A DNA stretch of 64,000 bases. It comes from Candidatus Latescibacterota bacterium (GTDB lineage Bacteria > Krumholzibacteriota > Krumholzibacteriia > G020349025). Position numbers and translations under genes: made by a program. The notes below the pieces were generated by a model, which was not told the DNA's origin, ran no database searches, and saw only the letters and a program-made list of their open reading frames with translations. The number at the start of each line of letters is the position of its first letter. Position 1 is the stretch's first letter. Shown piece by piece: positions 1-9,199 of this stretch. Location: positions 1,158,753 to 1,222,752 of the forward strand of contig CP070763.1 of assembly GCA_020349025.1 (NCBI GenBank), written 5' to 3'.

Positions 1-92
1 TCATGCACTTGAATCGCAACTCCTATGAGTTCACTCTGCTCTGAAGGAGAAGCGACGGGTTCTGACGCCCCGCGTGCGATCGGGTGCTGGCC

Positions 93-1424
93 ATGAAGGT
101 TCGCGCGACATCGCGGCACATCTGGGCCGTTTCGTTTCCGGTGATCCTTGCCGGGCTCAGCGAGAAAATCGTCGAGATCACCGACATCGTCTTCCTGGGC
201 CGTTATGGGACCACGGAGCTCGCCGCCGTCGGGCTGGCGGATGCCATCTACGCCGTGTGCCTCTTCCTCACGCTGGGTCTGGCCGACGGCCTGCAGATCA
301 TCATCGCACGGCGTGCCGGTGAGGGGCGCTTGGCGGAGATCGGCAAGGTTTTCAATCAGGGCCTCTACATGCTGTCCGCCACGGCGGTCGTGTTCGTCGT
401 GGGAATCCAATTGCTCTCCCCGTACGTGACCGCAGCCCTGATCCGTTCGCACGACATTGCACGCGCCGTCGACGACTTCCTGCAGATCTTCTCCTACGCC
501 ATGCTGTTCCATGGCGCGAACCTGGCGTTGAGCGCTTTCTACGTCGGCATCTCGCGCACACGCGTTCTCATCGGAGCCACGGTTGTTCTCGCGCTCATCA
601 ACATCGTTCTGGACTACATCCTGATCTTTGGTCACCTGGGATTCCCACGCCTGGGAATCGAGGGCGCTGCGATCGCATCCCTGGCCGCCGAGATCGGCGC
701 CTTCGGCGTGCTCCTCGTCTACGCCATCCGCCAGCGCTTCACGCAGCGATACGACCTCTTCCGGTTCGGGCGCTGGAACGGCATACTGGCTCGCAAGCTA
801 CTCGTGGTCTCCTATCCGGTTGCGCTCGATGCGCTGGTGGAAACCACTCGCTGGCTCGTCTTCTTCCTCATCATCGAACAGATGGGGGAAGCGGCTCTGG
901 CGTGCGCCAACATCGTCTACAGCTGCTACGCGCTGCTCCTGATCCCGCTCGAGGGATTCTCCGAAACCATATGCTCGATGGTCAGCAACCTCGTGGGGCA
1001 GCAGGAGCCGGGCAGGATCGGAGGGCTGCTCCGCCGCGCCATGTCACTGAGTTTCGTGGTCGTCGTTCCCTTCCTTGTGCTCGTGTTTCTTCTCCCCGAG
1101 CAGGTGCTCGCGATCTTCACGTCCGACACCGAGCTCATCGCCAACGGCGCGAACAGCCTGCGGGTCGTGGTGCTTGCCGTTGCGATCGTGATCCCAGGTG
1201 AAATCTTTTACAGCGCCGTCGCCGGCACCGGGGATACGATGGCGACCTTCTTGATCGAGCTGGCGCTCACGACCTGCATCCTCTCGTACGCGTACGTCAC
1301 GGCGATCCGCCTCGGCCTGCCACTCGAAACCGTGTGGCTGGCAGAGGTGTTGGGGTGGCTCGTTTGCCTGACTCTGTCCTGGGCTTGGCTCCGCGCCGGG
1401 CGCTGGCGGCGGCTCCAGGTCTGA
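93..1424 (+). CDS. MATE family efflux transporter
   Basis: About 12 hydrophobic segments in two repeated halves; N-terminal 'EKIVEITDIVFLGRYGTTELAAVGLA' is typical of MATE. Start is ATG 93 (alternative GTG 84). Confidence 0.9.
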   Translation: MKVRATSRHIWAVSFPVILAGLSEKIVEITDIVFLGRYGTTELAAVGLADAIYAVCLFLTLGLADGLQIIIARRAGEGRLAEIGKVFNQGLYMLSATAVVFVVGIQLLSPYVTAALIRSHDIARAVDDFLQIFSYAMLFHGANLALSAFYVGISRTRVLIGATVVLALINIVLDYILIFGHLGFPRLGIEGAAIASLAAEIGAFGVLLVYAIRQRFTQRYDLFRFGRWNGILARKLLVVSYPVALDALVETTRWLVFFLIIEQMGEAALACANIVYSCYALLLIPLEGFSETICSMVSNLVGQQEPGRIGGLLRRAMSLSFVVVVPFLVLVFLLPEQVLAIFTSDTELIANGANSLRVVVLAVAIVIPGEIFYSAVAGTGDTMATFLIELALTTCILSYAYVTAIRLGLPLETVWLAEVLGWLVCLTLSWAWLRAGRWRRLQV

Positions 1425-1478
1425 GCACAACTGGCAACGAAGAGCACTTCGAGCTAGTGTGGGCGCTCGGAGGATGCC

Positions 1479-2516
1479 ATGCGTCACGAGCTTCCGATCC
1501 CTCCTCACTTCGATCCCGCTCGCGTCGGCGCCGTGTGGCGTGTTCCCTACCGGGAGCGCGCAAGCGAGGCGGCCGCATGGGCGCAGGAGCATGCGATCGA
1601 AGCCGCAGACGGCGATGCGCCTCGGGTTTGCCTCCTGGCCGTCGACGCGCAGAACACGTTTTGCGTGCCGGAGTTCGAGCTCTTCGTTCGCGGCCGCTCC
1701 GGCTTGGGCGCGGTGGAAGACAACATTCGCCTGTGCGAGTTCATTTATCGCAATCTGGGGCGCCTCACTCGGATCGTCGCCACGATGGACACGCACCACG
1801 CGATGCAGATCTTCCACACGTTGTTCCTGGTGGACCAAAAGGGGCAACATCCCGAACCGTTCTCGCTGGTGTCGGCAACGGAGATCGAGGCAGGGCGCTG
1901 GCGCTTCAATCCGCGGCTCGCGCGCGCTCTTCGGATCGACGAGGCGTACGCCAACGCACACCTTCGCCACTACACCCGCGCGCTCGAGAAAAGGGGCCAA
2001 TACGAGCTGACGATCTGGCCTTTCCACTCCATGCTGGGTGGGATCGGACACGCTCTCGTCTCGGCGGTCGAGGAAACCTTCTTCTTTCACGCCATCGCAC
2101 GCAACAGCGCGACACAGTTCGAGGTGAAAGGCGACAACCCGCTGACGGAGCACTACTCCGTGCTGGGGCCGGAAGTCTGCACCGGTCCGGATGGCGAAGC
2201 GATCGCCGTACGCAACGAAGGCCTCGTCGATGCACTCTTCTCGTACGATGCCGTGATCATCGCCGGCCAGGCCAAGAGTCACTGCGTCGCCTGGAGCGTG
2301 GACGACCTTTTGCGCGAGGCGCAGAAAAGCGAAACGCGCTTGGTCGAGAAGATCTACTTGCTCGAAGACTGTACATCTGCGGTCGTCGTCCCCGGCGCGG
2401 TCGACTACAGCGAGCAAGCCGACGCCGCCTTCCGCCGCTTTGCCAGCGCGGGCATGCACGTCGTCCAGTCGACCGACCCCATCGACACGTGGCCCGGGTT
2501 CCCGACGAAGGTGTGA
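1479..2516 (+). CDS. Isochorismatase/nicotinamidase-like cysteine hydrolase
   Basis: 'LLAVDAQNTFC' (catalytic Asp), 'TMDTH', 'IWPFH' and 'IIAGQAKSHCV' (nucleophile Cys); GGAGG Shine-Dalgarno upstream. Confidence 0.85.
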   Translation: MRHELPIPPHFDPARVGAVWRVPYRERASEAAAWAQEHAIEAADGDAPRVCLLAVDAQNTFCVPEFELFVRGRSGLGAVEDNIRLCEFIYRNLGRLTRIVATMDTHHAMQIFHTLFLVDQKGQHPEPFSLVSATEIEAGRWRFNPRLARALRIDEAYANAHLRHYTRALEKRGQYELTIWPFHSMLGGIGHALVSAVEETFFFHAIARNSATQFEVKGDNPLTEHYSVLGPEVCTGPDGEAIAVRNEGLVDALFSYDAVIIAGQAKSHCVAWSVDDLLREAQKSETRLVEKIYLLEDCTSAVVVPGAVDYSEQADAAFRRFASAGMHVVQSTDPIDTWPGFPTKV

Positions 2517-2533
2517 CATGGGAGGTGGAGTGC

Positions 2534-4240
2534 ATGCAGACGCAAGCGTACGATCCGGAGTCCTTCAAGGGGGACAAGCCATTCTGCGACGTCGTCCTGA
2601 AGGGGGGCGTCACGAGCGGCGTGGTCTATCCGCTCGCGATCGTCGAGCTCGCAAGGCGCTACCGGCTGAAGAACATCGGAGGCACGTCTGCGGGCGCGAT
2701 CGCCGCAGCCGTGGCGGCGGCGGCGGAGCGGGCGCGTGACACGGGGGGCTTTCCTCGAGCTGCGGCACTCGCTGATTTCGTGAGCCGCAACCTCCTCTCC
2801 CTGTTTCAACCGCACCCACACCTGCGACCGTTGTTCGAGATCGCCCTCTCCACGCTGCGCGAGACGCGTCCGCGTCTGCGGATCCTGCGCGCGCTTTGGA
2901 CCGCGGCGCGCGGCTATCGCCAAGCGACGCTCCTCGGTCTCGTTCCCGCGATCCTGGCCCTCGTCGCGGCGTGGGCAAGCGCGAACGCGTGGGCGCTCGT
3001 GGCCGCGCTGCTCGCCGCGCCGATCGGGTGCGCGCTCGCACTCGGTTGGCACCTGCACGATGTGGTCGTGCACGAGCTGCCGCGACACGACTTCGGAATC
3101 TGCCCCGGGCTGCGGCAGCCGCGCGCATCGGGCCCGGCGCTGATCGACTGGCTTGCCGATGCTCTCGACGACGTCGCCGGATTGCGGGCGAGCGGGAGAC
3201 CGCTGACGTTCGCCGACCTCTGGGGTTCGAGCCCAGAGGAGCCACGCATCAACTTGGAGATCCTGACGACGAACCTCACCGCAGGTCGTCCGTATCGTGT
3301 TCCGTTTCGCAGGCGTTTTCTCTTTCGTGAGCAGGAGTTCGCGCAACTCTTTCCGCAGCGCATCGTGCGCTGGCTCGTGGATCACTCGCAGCCTTACGCC
3401 GAAGACGCTTCCTATCGCTGGCTTCCGGCCAATGCGGACCTCCCCGTCATCGTTGCCGTGCGCCTCTCGCTCAGCTTCCCGCTCCTGCTGGCGGCGGTCC
3501 CCCTCTACGATCCCGAATTCTGCTTCGAGGGGACGGGGAGCAAGCTTCAACGTTGCTGGTTCAGCGATGGGGGTGTGTGCAGCAACTTCCCGATCCACTT
3601 CTTCGACAGCATCTGGCCGCGCTGGCCCACCTTCGGCTTCAGCCTGGAAGACTTCGAGGAGGGGCGGCATGAGCACCGCGTGCTCCTACCAACCGCTGGC
3701 AGCGCGACGGGAGTGCAGAACTTCAAGCGTGTCGACTCTCTGGGAAGCTTCCTGCAAGCGATCCTGCACGCGATGCAGGGGTGGCGCGACCATTTGCAGA
3801 GCGCCCTACCCGGCTACCGCGAGCGTGTCGTACGCGTGCGGCTGCGGCCGGACGAAGGCGGTCTGAACCTGCACATGCCGCCGCAGCAGATCGAGTCGCT
3901 CAGCGAGCTGGGCGCACAAGCGGGACGAACGCTGCACGAGTTCGAGTGGCCAGCACACCGCTGGCGCCGCTACGTCATCTCGATGGCACGTTTCGAGGGC
4001 ACGCTCGAGCGCATGCGGCGCACGTACGGCACCGCCGACACCCCCAGCGCACTGGCCGAGTTCCTCGAGCGCTACGCGCCGACTCCTCCCTTCGCGCAGA
4101 GCGCGGAGTGGCAGCGCGACGCGCGCGAGGACGCGCTCGATCTCATGCACACGCTGGATCGCTGGCTCGGCCGCACACGCCTGCGCGATGGGGAGATCCC
4201 GAAGCCGGACGTCGACCTGCGCATCACGCCGCAAGTGTAG
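2534..4240 (+). CDS. Patatin-like phospholipase with internal transmembrane hairpin
   Basis: 'LKGGVTSG' oxyanion motif, 'GTSAG' nucleophile, 'SDGG' catalytic Asp; hydrophobic insert. ATG 2534 follows GGAGGTGGAG. The track's longer 1334 start overlaps the previous gene in another frame. Confidence 0.88.
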   Translation: MQTQAYDPESFKGDKPFCDVVLKGGVTSGVVYPLAIVELARRYRLKNIGGTSAGAIAAAVAAAAERARDTGGFPRAAALADFVSRNLLSLFQPHPHLRPLFEIALSTLRETRPRLRILRALWTAARGYRQATLLGLVPAILALVAAWASANAWALVAALLAAPIGCALALGWHLHDVVVHELPRHDFGICPGLRQPRASGPALIDWLADALDDVAGLRASGRPLTFADLWGSSPEEPRINLEILTTNLTAGRPYRVPFRRRFLFREQEFAQLFPQRIVRWLVDHSQPYAEDASYRWLPANADLPVIVAVRLSLSFPLLLAAVPLYDPEFCFEGTGSKLQRCWFSDGGVCSNFPIHFFDSIWPRWPTFGFSLEDFEEGRHEHRVLLPTAGSATGVQNFKRVDSLGSFLQAILHAMQGWRDHLQSALPGYRERVVRVRLRPDEGGLNLHMPPQQIESLSELGAQAGRTLHEFEWPAHRWRRYVISMARFEGTLERMRRTYGTADTPSALAEFLERYAPTPPFAQSAEWQRDAREDALDLMHTLDRWLGRTRLRDGEIPKPDVDLRITPQV

Positions 4241-4276
4241 TCGTGCCGAGTGGCACACGCTGGCTGCGGAGGCTCT

Positions 4277-5476
4277 TCAGGGTGCGGCTCGTTCCTCGTG
4301 GCCGACGCCTGGCAGCGACTCGAGCTGCGATCGCGGCGCTCCGGGGAAAACCGATACGGGCAGCAACAGCGGCACCCACGGATCGGCGGCAGCGGAAGCG
4401 GTGAGGTTGGCGTACTCCTGCCAGCGCGCGCGGAGGTCGGTCCGAATGCGCAGCGCTTGCTCCCTCTTGCCGAGCGCGTCGTAGTAGTCGGCGACGTGGA
4501 GGCCATAGCTCGGACGCGCCGCGTCGAGGTGGGTGACCAGCAACCCGAGAGGGAGCGGTACGTAATGCAAGCCTGCCGCGTGCATGCTCTGGGCGTGGCG
4601 ATCGAGATCGTGCGCCAGAGAGCGGGGCTCGAAGGTCACGAAGAAGGTCACGAGCGCCGCCAGCACCGCGACGGCGAACCAATCACCGCGACGGTGCGTG
4701 CGCCGCCCGGCGCGATAGGTGGCCAGGCGCGCACCATCGAGGGCGTGCGTGATCCACATCAAAGATCCCACGATCGTCGCCGCAAACGCCGCAATGAAGA
4801 GCATCTCGAGCGCGCGCGGGGCGATGGCCCCCGAGCTCGTGAGCTGGTTGCACTTCCAAAGAAGCGGTGCCGTCACGACCATCGCGGCTGCGAGAAGCGT
4901 GAGCCCCGCGTTGCCGACGGCGATCGCCGCGCGACGCGGTGCGGCGCTGACGAGGAGTCCGGCACCGGGCGCCACGAGCCCGAGCAACCCCACGACCGCC
5001 GGGTTCTGCAGCCAGCTTGGCAGGCGCTCGGCGAAGAAACGTGCATCCCAACCGGTCAGGAAGACGCTGCGGCTCCACGCCGCGAACGTGACGCAGAACA
5101 GGAGCGCCGAGACCAGGAGCCACGGCAGGAGCGGCACGCGTCCAGCCGCGAGCCAGCCGGAGAGCACGGGCCACTTCCAGATCATGCCGACCCAGAGCGG
5201 CACACCCAGAAGCCCCAGCAGCGCCCAGACGATTTGCCGACGACCCGTCTGCGTGAGCACGGGCGCTGCCGGTCCGAGGGCGTACGTGAGCAGGAGAAGC
5301 ATGCGTGTCCGGTCCGGCACCGGACCCAGAACGTAATACCCCTCCTCGGTCGACGCCGTCGACTCGCTGGCATGCTCGGCGAAACGACGAGCGCGCTCCA
5401 ACGCCGCCGCACGCTCTGAGTCGCGTAACGACGAGCCGTCGACGTCGATGACCCATTCCTTCTTGCGACCGTGCAT
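4277..5476 (-). CDS. Uncharacterised multi-pass membrane protein (short soluble N-domain, about 7-8 TM, TPR-like C-terminal helices)
   Basis: Hydrophobic segments through the middle; GGAG before ATG 5476; no family recognised with confidence. Confidence 0.65.
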   Translation of the reverse strand: MHGRKKEWVIDVDGSSLRDSERAAALERARRFAEHASESTASTEEGYYVLGPVPDRTRMLLLLTYALGPAAPVLTQTGRRQIVWALLGLLGVPLWVGMIWKWPVLSGWLAAGRVPLLPWLLVSALLFCVTFAAWSRSVFLTGWDARFFAERLPSWLQNPAVVGLLGLVAPGAGLLVSAAPRRAAIAVGNAGLTLLAAAMVVTAPLLWKCNQLTSSGAIAPRALEMLFIAAFAATIVGSLMWITHALDGARLATYRAGRRTHRRGDWFAVAVLAALVTFFVTFEPRSLAHDLDRHAQSMHAAGLHYVPLPLGLLVTHLDAARPSYGLHVADYYDALGKREQALRIRTDLRARWQEYANLTASAAADPWVPLLLPVSVFPGAPRSQLESLPGVGHEERAAP

Positions 5477-5686
5477 GGCAAAGCTCCCGATCCGCGATGC
5501 GGTTTCCTGACGCCGCTCGGCGTGTGGCGTCTGTTTCCACCCTTCAAAGGCAATGCGCATGCCCGGGAGCAGAAGCCCTTCCCGTCCATCCTGAGGACGT
5601 CTTGCGACGTTCGCGGAACTTCATTTTGCGCTTTCTTCGCAGCGGGAATGCGAGACGCCGCGCAGGTCGGCGACGCAGCGGGGCGG

Positions 5687-8600
5687 CTAGGCGTGCCGCG
5701 CCTTTTCCGTGCTGGAGATCCCATCCATGAGGTCGAAGTGACCCGCCAGCACGAGTTGGATGCGACCCGTACGCCATCCGCGCACGCCGTCGCGCACGAG
5801 CGGGGATGGGGATTCGCGATAGCGACGAACCACCGCTTGCCGGCGCCCCTTCGCTTGCGCCAACGCCGCACGCGCTTGCGCGAGCAACGCGCCGCGCCGA
5901 TCGTCCCCCGGCACGCGCTCGGCGGGCTCGTCGGGCTGCGGGATGACGCGCACATGCGCCTGGTAGCGACGGAAGCCGCGACTCCCGGGCGCATCCGGCT
6001 CCTCGTAGACGTGGAGACCATCCTCGGCCGCCAGCAGCGAGTGCGCACCGTAACCAGACACCGCCAGGAGGAAACGATACGGGCTTCCCCCCTCGGAGCG
6101 CCCCGACTCTTCGAGCACGTCGAAGCGCATGCGTCGCTCACGCGCCCAGCTGCGGTACATGTCACCGAGCCGCAGAGCGAAGGCATCGCTCTGCGCGGGC
6201 GGAATCCCGGGGCCGCGCCCCGCCTCCAGGAGCAGGAAGGCCTCGCGCGGGCGATTGTGCGAGACGTCGTCGCACGCGGTCCGCAGCAGGTAGAGCTGTT
6301 GCGCCAGGCGGTGCACCAACTCCTTCGGGTACCTCTGTCGCCGGTGCTCCCCCTTCAGGCGCTGCAGCAACGAGCTGGAGCGCTGCACTCCGGCCTCGAT
6401 GCGGTCGAGATACTCCGCCTCCCCCAGAACGGCGAAGCGGCTGGGCGATTCCCAGAAATCGGCGCTCGACATCAGGTCGAACGACGCCTTCTTCGTCTCC
6501 TGCCACCGCGCACTCGACACGTGCCGGCTGAGCGACTCGACGTGCGATTGCAGCACGTCGATCTCGCCCGAGATCCCCTGCGGCAACAGCACGATCTCTT
6601 CGAGCCGCAGCTGCGCTTCGACCCCGGGCAGGACGACGTCGGGAGTCGGCTCCTCCACCGCGACCTCTTCGCTCTCCGGGCCGGGCAGTGCATCCGGATC
6701 GACGAACTTGACCTCGAGCTGCGTCGCATCCGTGGTCACGAAGAGGAACTGGTCTCCTTGCGGAGCCTGGTGATTGACGATCGTCATCGCCAGTGGTGCG
6801 AGCAGGTAACGCTCGATGGCGCGTTTCAGCGGTCGCGCACCGAGATCCGACGTGAACCCCTTCTCGAGCAGGAAGTCGACGGCTGCGGGCTCCCATTCAA
6901 CCGCCCAGCCGCGATTGCGCAAGCCTCGACGCTCGAAGACGGCTTCGAGCTCGCGCACCAGGATCTCGCGCATCGTCTCGCGCGCCAGCGGCTGGAAGAT
7001 GACGATGCGGTCGATGCGGTTGACGAACTCGCGACGGAAGGCCTTGTCGATGGCGCGCCGCACGATCTCCGGCCGGAAGCCTTCACGAGCACGGGAAAAC
7101 CCCAGGCTGGTGCCGGTGGGAACGAGGCCGCCGAGGTTCGACGTGAGGATGATCGTGGCCTGGCGGAAGTCCGCGAGGTTGCCGCGCCGATCGGTGAGGC
7201 GTCCATCGTCGAACACCTGCAGGAAGAGATCCCAGACGCTCGGGTGCGCCTTCTCGAACTCGTCCAACAACACGACGGAGAAAGGTTGCCTGCGAATCGC
7301 GTCGACGAAGGTGCCATCCGACGCCTCGCTGGCCTGCGCCGGACCCAGGATACGGTCCAACGACTCCGGCGTCTGGAACTCGCTCATGTCGAGACGGATC
7401 ATGCGGTCCGGCGAGCCGAAGAGGAAATCCGCGAGGCTCTTCGCGATCTCGGTCTTGCCCGTTCCCGTTGGACCGGCGAAGAGGAAGACGCCCGGCGGAC
7501 GCGAAGGATCGGTCACCCCCGCTTTGATCATCGCCACGCGCTCCACCAGGCACCCGATCGCTTCCGGTTGGTCGAGCACCTGGGTCTCGAAGTGACGCTG
7601 CAACGCGTGGAGGTCGAGCCTCTCGCGCTCGTCCAGAATGCTGGTCGGCAGACCGGTCAGCTTCGACAGCGACAGGACGAGATCGTTCTTGGTGATCGGG
7701 CCGGGCTCCTCCCCCATGCGCGCCGCCGCTCGCATGCGCTGCAGCGTCAGGCCGAGGAACTGAAGCAGGTTTCCGGGCGCGGCCTTGTCGCCGAGGTACT
7801 GCTGCACCAGCTGCCACGCCTCGCGAATCGTCTCCGGCGCGAAGACCCCGGGGCCATCCTCGCTTTGAGTGCGGGCCCAGTCCTCGGCGAGCGCGAGCGT
7901 GTCGCTGGCCGAAAGCGGCTGGATCCGACAGCTCTCGAGCGCGGTGACACAACCGGGCCGGATCTGGACGAGCCGGTCGTATGCGCCCGGCTGCGTCTTG
8001 CCGAGGACGAGAAGCTCGCCGCGCTCGATGAAGGGCAGAAGCGAGTCGAGCACGCTCGCCTGGCTGTACTGATGTCGGCCCGCCCACGCGAGATGATGAA
8101 AGTCCGGGATCAGCCAGACGATGCGCTTGCGCCCGCAAAGCTGTTGCAGCAGCTTACGCACACGCTCTTCCAGCTCCCCGATGTACTTCTGCCCTGCAAT
8201 GAGCTCGGAGCCACCCGCCTCGAAGACCTCCCACCCCTCCGAGAGCAGACGGTTCAACAGCTTCCAAGCGACCGCGCCTTTGCCGACACCCGCCTCACCA
8301 ATGAGCAGGGCGGAGCGCGGCTTCTCGGCCGCGAGGATGGCGTAGAGCTCGTGAACGCGCGCCTCGAGCTCCGCGTGCGAGATCACGCGGCCATCGGCAT
8401 ACGGCTCCTCCTTGCGCCACAACTTGCCGACGCTCTGCAGGTACTCCCGATCGATACGACTGTACTTCTGCTCTTCCAGCGCCTTGCTCAGGATGGACAG
8501 ACCAGGCTCCGACAAGCGCTCCAGCATCTTCTTGAGATGCTCCACCTCCGACTCGTCGAGGCGCGCCACGTTGTCCCCAAGAATCGGCTGCTCACCCGCC

Positions 8601-9142
8601 TCGAGACGTTTGCGCACGAAGTTGCGCAACGAATCGACCGCGACGGCGGAGTCGAGCCATGCGGGGTGCCGCCGCTCCGCGATGTCGACGAGGACGTCGC
8701 CGATCAGTGGACGCGTGGCCGGCCAGTGCGCCAGGAGCACGCGCATGAGAAAGTACTGCTGGAACGGATTGGAGGGCCCCACCCAGGTGACGATCTCTTC
8801 GGGAAGGGGCTCGAGCGTGCGATTGACCAGCGCCTCGAGAGCCATGTAGGCAATGGCGTCATTCGTGCCACCGGCGTACTGGAGCACTTCCTCCGTCGTG
8901 TACGCGCGCCCGGACAGCATGGAAACGCCGCGGGCGAAGTGGGGATCCTCGGTCAGGTCGCCCGGGTGGGCGACGTCGTAGTTGACGTTGCGCGCGAGCT
9001 CGTAGAGTTGGGTGCCGGTCGCCGGCCCTTCGCTGGGCGGCGTTGCGGGCTCGGGAGTGGCGCGGCCGCGAAACGCCAGGCGCAGGATGGACGCGACGAC
9101 GACCCCCAAGATCACAGCAAGGATCAGGCCCCAGTCTCCCAT
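5687..9142 (-). CDS. Membrane-anchored Clp-type double AAA+ ATPase fused to a release-factor (PCRF)-like C-terminal module
   Basis: N-terminal TM; D1 'GEAGVGKG' and 'AGQKYIGELEER'; D2 'GPTGTGKT', 'RLDMSEF', 'VVLLDEFEKAHP', 'FDDGRLTD', 'FRREFVNRID', 'GARPLKRAIE'. C-terminal ~300 aa resembles RF1/RF2. ATG 9142 has a GGAG SD (track start TTG 9154). Confidence 0.88.
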   Translation of the reverse strand: MGDWGLILAVILGVVVASILRLAFRGRATPEPATPPSEGPATGTQLYELARNVNYDVAHPGDLTEDPHFARGVSMLSGRAYTTEEVLQYAGGTNDAIAYMALEALVNRTLEPLPEEIVTWVGPSNPFQQYFLMRVLLAHWPATRPLIGDVLVDIAERRHPAWLDSAVAVDSLRNFVRKRLEAGEQPILGDNVARLDESEVEHLKKMLERLSEPGLSILSKALEEQKYSRIDREYLQSVGKLWRKEEPYADGRVISHAELEARVHELYAILAAEKPRSALLIGEAGVGKGAVAWKLLNRLLSEGWEVFEAGGSELIAGQKYIGELEERVRKLLQQLCGRKRIVWLIPDFHHLAWAGRHQYSQASVLDSLLPFIERGELLVLGKTQPGAYDRLVQIRPGCVTALESCRIQPLSASDTLALAEDWARTQSEDGPGVFAPETIREAWQLVQQYLGDKAAPGNLLQFLGLTLQRMRAAARMGEEPGPITKNDLVLSLSKLTGLPTSILDERERLDLHALQRHFETQVLDQPEAIGCLVERVAMIKAGVTDPSRPPGVFLFAGPTGTGKTEIAKSLADFLFGSPDRMIRLDMSEFQTPESLDRILGPAQASEASDGTFVDAIRRQPFSVVLLDEFEKAHPSVWDLFLQVFDDGRLTDRRGNLADFRQATIILTSNLGGLVPTGTSLGFSRAREGFRPEIVRRAIDKAFRREFVNRIDRIVIFQPLARETMREILVRELEAVFERRGLRNRGWAVEWEPAAVDFLLEKGFTSDLGARPLKRAIERYLLAPLAMTIVNHQAPQGDQFLFVTTDATQLEVKFVDPDALPGPESEEVAVEEPTPDVVLPGVEAQLRLEEIVLLPQGISGEIDVLQSHVESLSRHVSSARWQETKKASFDLMSSADFWESPSRFAVLGEAEYLDRIEAGVQRSSSLLQRLKGEHRRQRYPKELVHRLAQQLYLLRTACDDVSHNRPREAFLLLEAGRGPGIPPAQSDAFALRLGDMYRSWARERRMRFDVLEESGRSEGGSPYRFLLAVSGYGAHSLLAAEDGLHVYEEPDAPGSRGFRRYQAHVRVIPQPDEPAERVPGDDRRGALLAQARAALAQAKGRRQAVVRRYRESPSPLVRDGVRGWRTGRIQLVLAGHFDLMDGISSTEKARHA

Positions 9143-9170
9143 CAGCGACTCCAATGTCGCGGCTCACCGT

Positions 9171-9179
9171 ACCATAGCA
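9171..9179 (-). promoter_or_regulatory. Extended -10 element (TGCTATGGT) upstream of the Clp-RF gene
   Basis: TGnTAnnnT about 29 nt upstream of ATG 9142. Confidence 0.45.
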
Positions 9180-9199
9180 AATCCCCTGGAACGGCGCGA

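Noticed and set aside
1-44. Short frame MHLNRNSYEFTLL* at the window start
   Set aside because: It may be the tail of an upstream gene but is too short to support a call.
1334-2533. Apparent 968-aa fusion ORF 1334..4240
   Set aside because: The N-terminal 400 aa overlap the isochorismatase gene in another frame and are low-complexity Arg/Ala. The patatin has its own SD and ATG at 2534.
2534-4240. Patatin as a CBASS/defence effector
   Set aside because: No CD-NTase, Cap or other defence gene is adjacent, so it is kept only as a low-interest note.
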